This document shows, one piece after another, positions 11,819 through 20,558 of a DNA stretch of 64,000 nt. Position 1 is the first letter of the stretch. Every line of letters begins with the position of its first letter. Below the pieces are notes generated by a model that saw only the letters and a list, made by a program, of their open reading frames with translations, ran no database searches and was not told the origin of the DNA. The position numbers and the translations under genes are program-made. The stretch lies in sequence record PQ615101; one strand, given 5' to 3'. The DNA comes from Shigella phage SP21535.

Positions 11819-12153
11819 TGAATTTAACTGATATAATTGATAATTGTCTTGAAAATGATACTGGTGATCATAGAGCGCTTGACTCTGAAACAGCAAAGTT
11901 CATTAGAATAACTTTAATGAATGATACTCTGGTGAATAGTATTCATCCTTCTGTGTATGATGCTATTATTGTGACGAAGTATCCAGTTGAGCTTCACAAA
12001 AAGATGACTGGCGCAGTTTTTATTGATAAGAAAAACCGCTTTAAAGATGGGCAGAATATAATTAGTTCTGTTATTAAAAGTATAACTAAACTTCGTCACG
12101 AAATTTATCGTGTTGAAACTGCTAAATCTGCTTATCTGGTGATTATGAAATGA
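11815..12153 (+). CDS. Hypothetical protein (112 aa)
   Basis: Overlapping ORF in an operon. Confidence 0.55.
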   Translation: MMNLTDIIDNCLENDTGDHRALDSETAKFIRITLMNDTLVNSIHPSVYDAIIVTKYPVELHKKMTGAVFIDKKNRFKDGQNIISSVIKSITKLRHEIYRVETAKSAYLVIMK

Positions 12154-12731
12154 AAGCGAGTACAGTACTTCAAATTGCATATTTAGTATCACAAGAATCA
12201 AAATGTTGCTCCTGGAAGGTAGGAGCAGTAATTGAAAAGAATGGACGTATTATTTCTACTGGATATAATGGTTCTCCGGCAGGTGGTGTGAACTGTTGTG
12301 ATTATGCTGCTGAGCAAGGTTGGTTGCTGAATAAACCTAAACATACTATCATTCAAGGTCATAAGCCTGAATGTGTATCGTTTGGTTCAACTGATCGTTT
12401 TGTCTTGGCGAAAGAACATCGTAGCGCTCACTCTGAATGGTCGTCTAAAAATGAAATTCATGCTGAACTAAATGCGATTTTGTTTGCTGCACGAAACGGT
12501 TCTTCAATTGAAGGTGCTACTATGTATGTAACACTTTCTCCTTGCCCAGATTGCGCAAAAGCGATAGCTCAATCTGGTATTAAAAAGCTGGTTTATTGCG
12601 AAACATACGATAAGAATAAACCTGGCTGGGATGATATTCTGCGAAATGCAGGTATTGAAGTGTTTAATGTTCCTAAGAAAAACTTGAATAAGTTAAACTG
12701 GGAAAATATCAACGAATTCTGTGGTGAATAA
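12150..12731 (+). CDS. cd: dCMP deaminase
   Basis: 193 aa; cytidine/deoxycytidylate deaminase zinc motifs (HAELNAI...PCPDC). Confidence 0.95.
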   Translation: MKASTVLQIAYLVSQESKCCSWKVGAVIEKNGRIISTGYNGSPAGGVNCCDYAAEQGWLLNKPKHTIIQGHKPECVSFGSTDRFVLAKEHRSAHSEWSSKNEIHAELNAILFAARNGSSIEGATMYVTLSPCPDCAKAIAQSGIKKLVYCETYDKNKPGWDDILRNAGIEVFNVPKKNLNKLNWENINEFCGE

Positions 12732-12967
12732 TGAAATTTCGTTTGGTACAGCCCACAGCAATTAGTTCTTATTCTAACGAGAACATTTCATTTGCTGTAG
12801 AGTATAAGAAGTATTTTTTCTCTAAATGGAAACAGTATTATAAGTCAGAATGGGTTTGTATTGATAGGCCGTATAGTTGGAAATCTGATTTAGAAAAATG
12901 CCAAAAATTGCTTTCCACTCTTAAAGAACGTGGAACAACTCATATTAAAACTGTAATAGGTAAATAA
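12731..12967 (+). CDS. Hypothetical protein (78 aa)
   Basis: ORF; ATGA overlap with the cd stop. Confidence 0.55.
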   Translation: MKFRLVQPTAISSYSNENISFAVEYKKYFFSKWKQYYKSEWVCIDRPYSWKSDLEKCQKLLSTLKERGTTHIKTVIGK

Positions 12968-13276
12968 ATGAAACTGACGACTGAACAAAAAGTAGCAATT
13001 CGTGAAATTTTGAAAACTAAATTGTCCATGGGTATTTCAAATGTAGTTTTTGAAAAGTCTGATGGTACTATTCGTACTATGAAAGGTACTCGTGATGCAG
13101 ACTTTATGCCAACCATGCAAACCGGTAAATTGACTGAATCTGCTCGGAAAGAATCTACTGATATGATTCCAGTATTTGATGTTGAGCTTGGTGCATGGCG
13201 AGGTTTTTCTATTGACAAATTGATTTCCGTTAATGGCATGAAAGTTGAGCATTTGCTTCAATTTATTGGTAAATAA
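12968..13276 (+). CDS. Hypothetical protein (102 aa)
   Basis: ORF directly following the preceding stop. Confidence 0.6.
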   Translation: MKLTTEQKVAIREILKTKLSMGISNVVFEKSDGTIRTMKGTRDADFMPTMQTGKLTESARKESTDMIPVFDVELGAWRGFSIDKLISVNGMKVEHLLQFIGK

Positions 13277-13302
13277 ATGCTTTAAGAATTATTTGTTATT
13301 AT
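13275..13302 (+). promoter_or_regulatory. Middle-promoter-like element (MotA-box-like aaTGCTTtA, then TATTAT) upstream of gene 31
   Basis: Motif match and spacing only. Confidence 0.35.
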
Positions 13303-13332
13303 TAATTCATCTGTTAACAAAAAGGAAAAACG

Positions 13333-13668
13333 ATGTCTGAAGTACAACAGCTACCAATTCGTGCTGTCGGTGAATATGTTATTTTAGTTTCTGAACCTGC
13401 ACAAGCCGGTGATGAAGAAGTTACAGAATCAGGACTTATTATCGGTAAACGTGTTCAAGGTGAAGTTCCTGAATTGTGTGTAGTTCACTCTGTTGGTCCT
13501 GATGTTCCTGAAGGTTTTTGTGAAGTTGGTGATTTGACTTCTCTCCCAGTTGGTCAAATTCGAAATGTTCCTCATCCTTTTGTAGCTCTGGGTCTTAAGC
13601 AGCCAAAAGAAATTAAACAAAAATTTGTTACCTGTCACTATAAAGCTATTCCGTGTCTTTATAAGTGA
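13333..13668 (+). CDS. 31: Co-chaperonin for GroEL (GroES-like) required for major capsid protein folding
   Basis: 111 aa, [61 protein letters not shown]... Confidence 0.95.
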
Positions 13669-13815
13669 TATAAATAATAATATGAATTGGGTGTCGGAAT
13701 AATAAGTTAACCGAACAATTCTATGTGGTAGTCTACAACTGAGAGATCTGTCGAAAGAAGATGAAATTCAGAAGAACGTGACTACCGAGTTTTAATCTCT
13801 AACGAGAATTTTTAA

Positions 13816-14064
13816 ATGATTAAACAATTACAACACGCTCTTGAACTGCAACGAAACGCATGGAATAATGGTCACGAAAACTATGGCGCATCTATTGATG
13901 TTGAAGCCGAAGCTCTTGAAATCCTGCGTTATTTCAAACATCTGAATCCTGCTCAAACTGCACTAGCTGCTGAGCTTCAGGAAAAAGATGAACTTAAATA
14001 TGCTAAGCCTTTGGCTTCTGCTGCGCGAAAAGCAGTTCGTCACTTTGTGGTAACACTGAAGTAA
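13816..14064 (+). CDS. rIII: rIII lysis-inhibition accessory protein
   Basis: 82 aa, MIKQLQHALELQRNAWNNGHENYGASIDVEAEALEILRYF... Confidence 0.9.
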   Translation: MIKQLQHALELQRNAWNNGHENYGASIDVEAEALEILRYFKHLNPAQTALAAELQEKDELKYAKPLASAARKAVRHFVVTLK

Positions 14065-14462
14065 TTTATTGGAGATTCACTGCCTTAGTGTGAGCTAAAA
14101 TCGAGGAGCCGTCGAACTGTCTGATTAATGATTTGCGAATCATTATAGTTTTAAGACCCCGGCAGTTTTACGGTGTACCTCTTGAATGTTATTCTTATAG
14201 CGGCAAGTGCATGCTACCCCGAGGTGATGGCCAATCGGGAGTACGCCTCAAGGCCTATATATCCATCAGCATATATCTTATCCTCGAGAAATCGAACCCG
14301 GAACCTTTAAGCTAACGGTGTGCAACAGATAAGAGCTATAAGGTATGATGACGGGTTTATGGTTATCCTGGTCGTTAAATATTCAAAAACCTATATTCCC
14401 CGTGAGGGCTTGCGCAGGCAATGCCAATAAGTCCTGCATTTTCATTTAAAAGAGAATTTATA

Positions 14463-14639
14463 ATGGCAAAACAAGCTAAAGCAAAGAAAGCAGTTGAAAA
14501 GAAAGTTGGTGATTCTAAACGCGCTGGTTACAAGCGTGTGTCGAACTCTCGTATCAATCAAACTGTTGAGAAGATCATGCGCCGAGCACGTGCGGTTCTT
14601 CGAGATGATGCTTCTCGTTTTGGTAAGCAGAAAGCATAA
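14463..14639 (+). CDS. Small lysine/arginine-rich protein (58 aa)
   Basis: MAKQAKAKKAVEKKVGDSKRAGYKRVSNSRINQTVEKIMRRARAVLRDDASRFGKQKA; preceded by an AT-rich RBS region and followed by a strong terminator. Confidence 0.5.
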   Translation: MAKQAKAKKAVEKKVGDSKRAGYKRVSNSRINQTVEKIMRRARAVLRDDASRFGKQKA

Positions 14640-14644
14640 GTTGA

Positions 14645-14675
14645 GGACTCCTTCGGGAGTCCTTTTTTATTTTCC
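14645..14675 (+). terminator. Rho-independent terminator (ggactccttcgggagtcc plus T-run)
   Basis: Perfect 7-bp stem with tetraloop followed by TTTTTTATTTT. Confidence 0.7.
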
Positions 14676-14692
14676 AAAGATTGCACAAAGTT

Positions 14693-14722
14693 GTTTACAG
14701 TATGGTTCCTTTGTGATAGTAT
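14693..14722 (+). promoter_or_regulatory. Early promoter-like element (GTTTACA -35, TAGTAT -10)
   Basis: Sigma70-like hexamers about 18 bp apart, directly downstream of the terminator. Confidence 0.4.
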
Positions 14723-14900
14723 TATCTTACACAAATGCATATTTTGAAGCAGCGATCCAAAACAAGGGCTTTCGTGATGCATTACAAGCCTCGAAAGGAA
14801 AAGTTTTGAAGCACAGCATGGCTAGTGGTCTAACAAAAGATGATACAATACTAACCGAAGCTGAATTTATTGATGTGTTAAACCTATTAAGAGACGCTCT

Positions 14901-15764
14901 ATGAAGCCTACTATTTTAACTGATATTGATGGAGTATGTTTAAGCTGGCAATCAGGCCTTCCTTATTTTGCTCAGAAATATAATCTTCCGTTGGAACATA
15001 TTTTAAAAATGATCCAAGATGAAAAATTTATTTCTCCTGGTAAACTTTTTAATTGTGATGAAGAACTTGGCGTCAAGTTAATTGAAAAATATAATCGTTC
15101 AGATTTTATTCGTTACTTGTCTCCATATAAAGATGCTCTGTGTGTAATTAACAAATTAAAAGAAGATTATAATTTTGTAGCTGTTACAGCATTGGGTGAT
15201 TCTATTGACGCTCTGTTGAATCGTCAATTTAATTTGAATGCTCTTTTTCCTGGTGCCTTCTCAGAAGTAATGATGTGCGGTCATGATTCTTCAAAAGAAG
15301 AGTTATTCAAAAAGGCAAAAGAGAAATATAACGTAATTTGTTATATTGACGATCTCGCTCACCACTGCGACCACGCGAGTGAAATATTAAATGTTCCTGT
15401 TTATTGGATGGCTCGAGGAGAACGTGACAATATTCCAAAAACTGCTCAGCGAGTTTATACATGGAATGATGTAGAAAATAAGCTTTTTTCACCAAAGGAA
15501 AATAAAGAAAGTTTTGATAGTGAAAAAGATATAAAAGATGTAATTGAGAAGATGGTTAAAAACGATTCTTTTCGTTGGAACACTACCTGGAGAACTCCTG
15601 GATTTAATCCGTATAATCCATATTATACACATCCATATAATCCATATTATACACACCCGTATCATATGAATCCATTCCATACGTGGAGTTATACCAAGCC
15701 TGGCGATGCAGGGTATTTTAATAAATTTACTAGTGGTGATAATATTTTCCAAGGAGCATTCTAA
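14901..15764 (+). CDS. HAD-superfamily phosphatase-like protein with a Pro/Tyr-rich repeat tail (T4 30.2-like)
   Basis: N-terminal ILTDIDGV (DxDG(V/T) HAD motif I) and a C-terminal NPYNPYYTHPYNPYYTHPYHMNPFH tail. Confidence 0.75.
   Translation: MKPTILTDIDGVCLSWQSGLPYFAQKYNLPLEHILKMIQDEKFISPGKLFNCDEELGVKLIEKYNRSDFIRYLSPYKDALCVINKLKEDYNFVAVTALGDSIDALLNRQFNLNALFPGAFSEVMMCGHDSSKEELFKKAKEKYNVICYIDDLAHHCDHASEILNVPVYWMARGERDNIPKTAQRVYTWNDVENKLFSPKENKESFDSEKDIKDVIEKMVKNDSFRWNTTWRTPGFNPYNPYYTHPYNPYYTHPYHMNPFHTWSYTKPGDAGYFNKFTSGDNIFQGAF
15612..15659 (+). repeat. 24-nt tandem duplication (2 copies) inside the HAD-like gene, encoding NPYYTHPY twice
   Basis: ataatccatattatacaca occurs twice with a 24-nt offset. 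Confidence 0.6.
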
Positions 15765-16033
15765 TGTTTGTTGTTCACACTATTTATGAAAATGAAGGTA
15801 ATACTACACGTGATTACGGTCACGTAAATCAATTTTTTAGATGCAATCCAGAATTCCGAGCTCAAAAAGACGAACGAATTTTTAAAAAATGTGTAGAGCA
15901 AGGTTTCATTTACGTCAAGCACTGGATGCAAGGAAATAAAGTTAGAACTACATATCATAGGTCTTTGCCTGAGCTTAATGATGAATTGATTTATAATAGA
16001 GCTGTAAACCAAACCTTGAAGGATGAGCAATGA
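15764..16033 (+). CDS. Hypothetical protein (89 aa), upstream of DNA ligase
   Basis: ORF overlapping both the preceding stop and the ligase start. Confidence 0.6.
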   Translation: MFVVHTIYENEGNTTRDYGHVNQFFRCNPEFRAQKDERIFKKCVEQGFIYVKHWMQGNKVRTTYHRSLPELNDELIYNRAVNQTLKDEQ

Positions 16034-17493
16034 TTCTTAAAATTCTGAATGAAATAGCATCTATTGGTTCAACTAAGCAGAAACAAGCAATTCTTGAAAA
16101 GAATAAAGATAATGAATTGCTTAAACGAGTATATCGTCTGACTTATTCTCGTGGGTTACAGTATTATATCAAGAAATGGCCTAAACCTAGTATTGCTACC
16201 CAGAGTTTTGGAATGCTGACCATTACCGATATGCTTGACTTCATTGAATTCACGTTAGCTACTCGGAAATTGACTGGAAACGCGGCAATTGAGGAATTAG
16301 TAGGTTATATCACCGATGGTAAAAAGGATGATGTTGAAGTTTTGCGTCGAGTGATGATGCGAGACCTTGAATGCGGTGCTTCAGTATCTATTGCAAACAA
16401 AGTTTGGCCAGGTTTAATTCCTGAACAGCCTCAAATGCTGGCAAGTTCTTATGATGAAAAAGGCATTAGTAAGAATATCAAATTTCCAGCCTTTGCACAG
16501 TTAAAAGCAGATGGAGCTCGGTGTTTTGCTGAAGTCCGAGGTGATGAATTAGATGATGTTCGTCTTTTATCACGAGCTGGTAATGAATATCTAGGATTAG
16601 ATCTTCTTAAGGAAGAGTTAATCAAAATGACTGCTGAAGCCCGCCAGATTCATCCAGAAGGTGTGTTAATTGATGGCGAATTGGTATACCATGAGCAAGT
16701 TAAAAAGGAACCAGAAGGCCTAGATTTTCTTTTTGATGCTTATCCTGAAATTAGCAAAGCTAAAGAATTCGCCGAAGTAGCGGAATCTCGTACTGCTTCT
16801 AATGGAATCGCCAATAAATCCTTAAAAGGAACCATTTCCGAAAAAGAAGCCAAATGCATGAAGTTTCAAGTCTGGGATTATGTTCCGTTGGTAGAAATAT
16901 ACGGTCTTCCTGCATTTCGTTTAAAATATGATGTACGTTTTTCTAAACTAGAACAAATGACGTCAGGATATGATAAAGTAATTTTAATTGAAAACCAAGT
17001 AGTAAATAACCTAGATGAAGCTAAGGTAATTTATAAAAAATATATTGACCAAGGTCTTGAAGGTATTATTCTCAAAAATACCGATGGATTGTGGGAAAAT
17101 GCTCGTTCAAAAAATCTCTATAAATTTAAAGAAGTAATTGATGTTGATTTAAAAATTGTAGGAATTTATCCTCACCGTAAAGACCCTACTAAAGCGGGTG
17201 GATTTATTCTTGAATCAGAGTGTGGAAAAATTAAAGTAAATGCTGGTTCAGGCTTAAAAGATAAAGCCGGTGTAAAATCACATGAACTTGACCGTACTCG
17301 CATTATGGAAAACCAAAATTATTATATTGGAAAAATTCTAGAGTGCGAATGCAATGGTTGGTTAAAATCTGATGGTCGCACTGATTACGTTAAATTATTT
17401 CTTCCAATTGCGATTCGTTTACGTGAAGATAAAACTAAAGCTAATACATTCGAGGATGTATTTGGTGATTTTCATGAGGTAACTGGTTTATGA
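16030..17493 (+). CDS. 30: ATP-dependent DNA ligase
   Basis: 487 aa; adenylation motif KADGAR (AQLKADGARCF) and OB-fold C-terminal region. Confidence 0.95.
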   Translation: MILKILNEIASIGSTKQKQAILEKNKDNELLKRVYRLTYSRGLQYYIKKWPKPSIATQSFGMLTITDMLDFIEFTLATRKLTGNAAIEELVGYITDGKKDDVEVLRRVMMRDLECGASVSIANKVWPGLIPEQPQMLASSYDEKGISKNIKFPAFAQLKADGARCFAEVRGDELDDVRLLSRAGNEYLGLDLLKEELIKMTAEARQIHPEGVLIDGELVYHEQVKKEPEGLDFLFDAYPEISKAKEFAEVAESRTASNGIANKSLKGTISEKEAKCMKFQVWDYVPLVEIYGLPAFRLKYDVRFSKLEQMTSGYDKVILIENQVVNNLDEAKVIYKKYIDQGLEGIILKNTDGLWENARSKNLYKFKEVIDVDLKIVGIYPHRKDPTKAGGFILESECGKIKVNAGSGLKDKAGVKSHELDRTRIMENQNYYIGKILECECNGWLKSDGRTDYVKLFLPIAIRLREDKTKANTFEDVFGDFHEVTGL

Positions 17494-17678
17494 AAGCTTA
17501 CTTAGAAACAATTGTCGTTGCTCAAAAAGAAGGTGGAGATGTTTCTACTTCGGTATCACAAGTCATTCTCGAATTTGTAGATGCATATGCTTATAATAAA
17601 TTTACAGAAACATTTGATGCCTACGAAAAAGGTCCAAAGTTTGAAATATATCGTACTCTCTTACCACTAGATTATTAA
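17490..17678 (+). CDS. Hypothetical protein (62 aa)
   Basis: ORF overlapping the ligase stop; followed by a terminator. Confidence 0.5.
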   Translation: MKAYLETIVVAQKEGGDVSTSVSQVILEFVDAYAYNKFTETFDAYEKGPKFEIYRTLLPLDY

Positions 17679-17699
17679 AGGCCTTCGGGCCTTTAATTT
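17677..17699 (+). terminator. Rho-independent terminator (aggccttcgggcct plus T-tract)
   Basis: GC stem with ttcg loop followed by TTTAATTTT. Confidence 0.65.
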
Positions 17700-17707
17700 T
17701 ATAAATA
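17700..17707 (+). promoter_or_regulatory. T4-type late promoter (TATAAATA) upstream of alt
   Basis: Exact TATAAATA about 24 nt upstream of the alt ATG. Confidence 0.55.
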
Positions 17708-17730
17708 GAATAAACACTAGAGAGGATATG

Positions 17731-19818
17731 ATGGAACTCATTACAGAATTATTTGACGAAGATACTACTCTTCCGATTACAAACTTAAATCCAAAGAAGA
17801 AAATACCACAAATTTTTTCAGTTCATGTTGATGATGCAATTGAACAACCAGGCTTTCGTTTATGTACCTATACATCTGGAGGTGATACTAATCGCGATTT
17901 AAAAATGGGCGATAAAATGATGCATATTGTTCCTTTTACATTAACTGCTAAAGGTTCAATTGCTAAATTAAAAGGTCTCGGTCCAAGTCCAATTAATTAC
18001 ATCAATTCAGTTTTTACTGTTGCAATGCAGACGATGCGTCAGTATAAAATTGATGCCTGTATGCTTCGTATTCTTAAGTCTAAAACTGCTGGTCAAGCTC
18101 GACAAATTCAAGTTATTGCTGATAGACTTATCCGTAGTCGTTCAGGTGGCAGATACGTCCTTCTTAAGGAACTCTGGGATTACGATAAAAAGTACGCATA
18201 TATTCTTATACATCGCAAAAATGTATCACTAGAAGACATTCCAGGAGTTCCGGAAATTAGTACCGAGCTTTTTACTAAAGTCGAATCGAAGGTCGGCGAT
18301 GTTTATATCAATAAAGATACTGGAGCTCAAGTAACTAAAAATGAAGCAATTGCAGCATCTATTGCGCAAGAAAATGATAAACGTTCTGACCAAGCTGTAA
18401 TCGTTAAAGTTAAAATTTCCCGTAGAGCAATTGCGCAAAGTCAATCATTAGAATCTTCTAGATTTGAAAGCGAATTATTCCAGAAGTATGAATCTACCGC
18501 AGCCAATTTTAATAAGCCTGCTACTGCTCCTTTAATTCCAGAAGCAGAAGAAATGAAGCTTGGAATTAATTCATTAGCTTCTAAAACTAAGGCAGCAAAA
18601 ATCATTGCCGAAGGAACCGCAGATGAACTTCACTATGACTATAAATTCTTTTCAAAAAGTGAGGTTAATGAAGTTTCTGAAAAAATTAAAGATGTAATTC
18701 TTAATGCGATTAAAAATGAACCAACTACTTCAATAAAATGTTTAGAGAAATACGCAGCAGCTGTTAATCAATTCTTTGAAGAATATAAAGATAATTGGCT
18801 TGATAAACATAATAAAACTCGTAAAGGACAGCCAGATGAAGTCTGGGAAGAAATAACTAAAAATTCCTGGAACGCAGCAAAAACTAAATTCCTCAAACGA
18901 ATGATTTATAACTTTTCTGGAATTGGTGCAGGTCCAATGATTGATATTACCATTGCCCGTGATGGTTCTAAATACACTCCATCGCAAAAGCGCGGCATTA
19001 GAGAGTATTGTGGATCAGGATATACTGACATCAATAATCTTCTTTTAGGCCGCTACAATCCAGAACGATATGATGTAATGAGTGAAAAAGAAATTGAATC
19101 TGCGATAAATAATTTAGATTCAGCTTTTGAAAATGGTGACCGTATACCAGAAGGCATTACAGTTTATCGTGCTCAAAGTATGACTGCTCCTATATATGAA
19201 GCACTAGTTAAAAATAAAGTGTTCTATTTCAGAAATTTTGTATCTACTTCTTTAACTCCTATCATTTTTGGACGTTTTGGAATTACACATGCTGGTATCG
19301 GTCTTTTAGAACCAGAAGCTCGCAATGAATTAACAGTTGATAAAAATGAAGAAGGAATAACTATTAATCCAAACGAAATAAGAGCGTATAAAGAAAATCC
19401 TGAATACGTTAAAGTTCAAATAGGATGGGCTATTGATGGAGCTCATAAAGTTAATGTTGTATATCCAGGAAGTCTCGGAATAGCAACAGAAGCTGAAGTT
19501 ATTCTACCGCGCGGATTGATGGTCAAAGTTAATAAAATAACTGATGCTTCTAATAATGACGGAACAACATCTAATAATACAAAACTCATTCAAGCTGAAG
19601 TTATGACTACAGAAGAACTCACCGAATCGGTAATTTATGACGGTGACCGTTTAATGGAAACTGGTGAATTGGTTACAATGACAGGTGATATAGAAGATAG
19701 AGTTGACTTTGCATCATTTGTTTCATCAAATGTTAAACAGAAAGCAGAATCATCTCTCGGAATTATTGCGTCTTGCATAGATATTGCAAACATGCCTTAC
19801 AAGTTCGTTCAAGGATAA
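17731..19818 (+). CDS. alt: Alt, head-packaged ADP-ribosyltransferase
   Basis: About 695 aa; N-terminus MELITELFDEDTTLPITNLNPKKKIPQIFSV..., C-terminal region with R / S-T-S / E ADP-ribosyltransferase motifs (YRAQ...FVSTSL...EVILPRG). Confidence 0.9.
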   Translation: MELITELFDEDTTLPITNLNPKKKIPQIFSVHVDDAIEQPGFRLCTYTSGGDTNRDLKMGDKMMHIVPFTLTAKGSIAKLKGLGPSPINYINSVFTVAMQTMRQYKIDACMLRILKSKTAGQARQIQVIADRLIRSRSGGRYVLLKELWDYDKKYAYILIHRKNVSLEDIPGVPEISTELFTKVESKVGDVYINKDTGAQVTKNEAIAASIAQENDKRSDQAVIVKVKISRRAIAQSQSLESSRFESELFQKYESTAANFNKPATAPLIPEAEEMKLGINSLASKTKAAKIIAEGTADELHYDYKFFSKSEVNEVSEKIKDVILNAIKNEPTTSIKCLEKYAAAVNQFFEEYKDNWLDKHNKTRKGQPDEVWEEITKNSWNAAKTKFLKRMIYNFSGIGAGPMIDITIARDGSKYTPSQKRGIREYCGSGYTDINNLLLGRYNPERYDVMSEKEIESAINNLDSAFENGDRIPEGITVYRAQSMTAPIYEALVKNKVFYFRNFVSTSLTPIIFGRFGITHAGIGLLEPEARNELTVDKNEEGITINPNEIRAYKENPEYVKVQIGWAIDGAHKVNVVYPGSLGIATEAEVILPRGLMVKVNKITDASNNDGTTSNNTKLIQAEVMTTEELTESVIYDGDRLMETGELVTMTGDIEDRVDFASFVSSNVKQKAESSLGIIASCIDIANMPYKFVQG

Positions 19819-19821
19819 ATC

Positions 19822-20207
19822 ATGGAACTTATTACATAATTATTTGACGGCGCTTCGGCGCCGGTTGTTAACTTAAATCCTAAGCATAAAATACCACAAA
19901 TTTTTGCTATTCAAGCCGGCGAAGAAAGCGTGCTTCTTGGATTTAGATTTTGTACATACACCTCTGGCGGTGATACAGATAAAACGTTAAACCAGGCGAC
20001 AAAATGATGCATATCGTAATGATAGGTGTTAATGAGAAACTATCATTAGTTAAGCTTAAAAACTTGGGTGGAAATCCAATTGGCGTCATTAATGCTGTTT
20101 TTGATACTGCTCTTCAAACAATGAAACAGTATAAAATCGACGCATGCCTATTACGCGTACTAAAAAGTTCAAGATGTAGTTTACAAGTCCCTCGTGTTGT
20201 GTTATAA
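19822..20207 (+). pseudogene. alt-like N-terminal paralog fragment, disrupted (stop at codon 6 and a frameshift)
   Basis: DNA and protein similarity to the first 130 or so codons of alt (MELIT*...VNLNPKHKIPQIFA...FCTYTSGGDT...KMMHIV...LQTMKQYKIDACLLRVLKS) with an in-frame TAA and a 1-nt frame change; truncated at promoter cassette copy B. Confidence 0.7.
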
Positions 20208-20236
20208 TAGTCTTACTGACATAACATGAGGAACAC
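20179..20236 (+). promoter_or_regulatory. Early promoter cassette, copy B (GTTTAC -35, TATAAT -10, GAGGA Shine-Dalgarno)
   Basis: Near-identical to 8026-8083; directly upstream of the ATG at 20240. Confidence 0.5.
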
Positions 20237-20239
20237 AAA

Positions 20240-20530
20240 ATGAAATCTTCTTTACGCTTTTTAGGTCAAGAACTTGTAGTTGAAGGCGTTATTCCTGCTG
20301 ATAATGCTTTTAATGAAGCAGTTTATGATGAATTTATCAAAATTTTTGGAACAGATAAAAAGTTCGGAATTTTTCCTTCTGAAAATTTTTCAAAGCCAGA
20401 GCAGACTGAAAGTATTTTCCAAGGTGTAGTAACAGGTAAATTTGAGTCAGAAGCTCCAGTAAAAATTGAAGTTTATATTGAAGACAGTTTAGTTGCTTCA
20501 GTTGCTGCTTTTATTTCATTCCGTAAATAA
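20240..20530 (+). CDS. Hypothetical protein (96 aa)
   Basis: ORF with strong SD from the promoter cassette; followed by a bidirectional terminator. Confidence 0.6.
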   Translation: MKSSLRFLGQELVVEGVIPADNAFNEAVYDEFIKIFGTDKKFGIFPSENFSKPEQTESIFQGVVTGKFESEAPVKIEVYIEDSLVASVAAFISFRK

Positions 20531-20536
20531 AAATAT

Positions 20537-20557
20537 GGGGACCGAAAGGTCCCCGTT
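20537..20557. terminator. Bidirectional terminator hairpin (ggggaccgaaaggtcccc) between convergent genes
   Basis: Perfect 7-bp GC stem flanked by T/A-rich tracts on both strands. Confidence 0.6.
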
Positions 20558-20558
20558 G

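Noticed and set aside
14280-14300. Possible tRNA gene (minus-strand GGGTTCGATT T-loop-like motif)
   Set aside because: I could not build an acceptor stem, D-arm or anticodon arm around it; without a cloverleaf it is only a motif coincidence or a decayed remnant.
14133-14315. 60-aa ORF inside the GC-rich island
   Set aside because: No RBS, atypical composition, and the product looks like a random translation; probably non-coding.
14494-14904. 136-aa ORF spanning the terminator and promoter
   Set aside because: It overlaps the well-supported small basic gene in another frame and runs through a strong terminator hairpin and promoter; at most a short 3' portion (from ATG 14818) could be translated.
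20004-20207. 67-aa ORF MMHIVMIGVNEK…
   Set aside because: It is the frameshifted tail of the alt-like pseudogene, not an independent gene.
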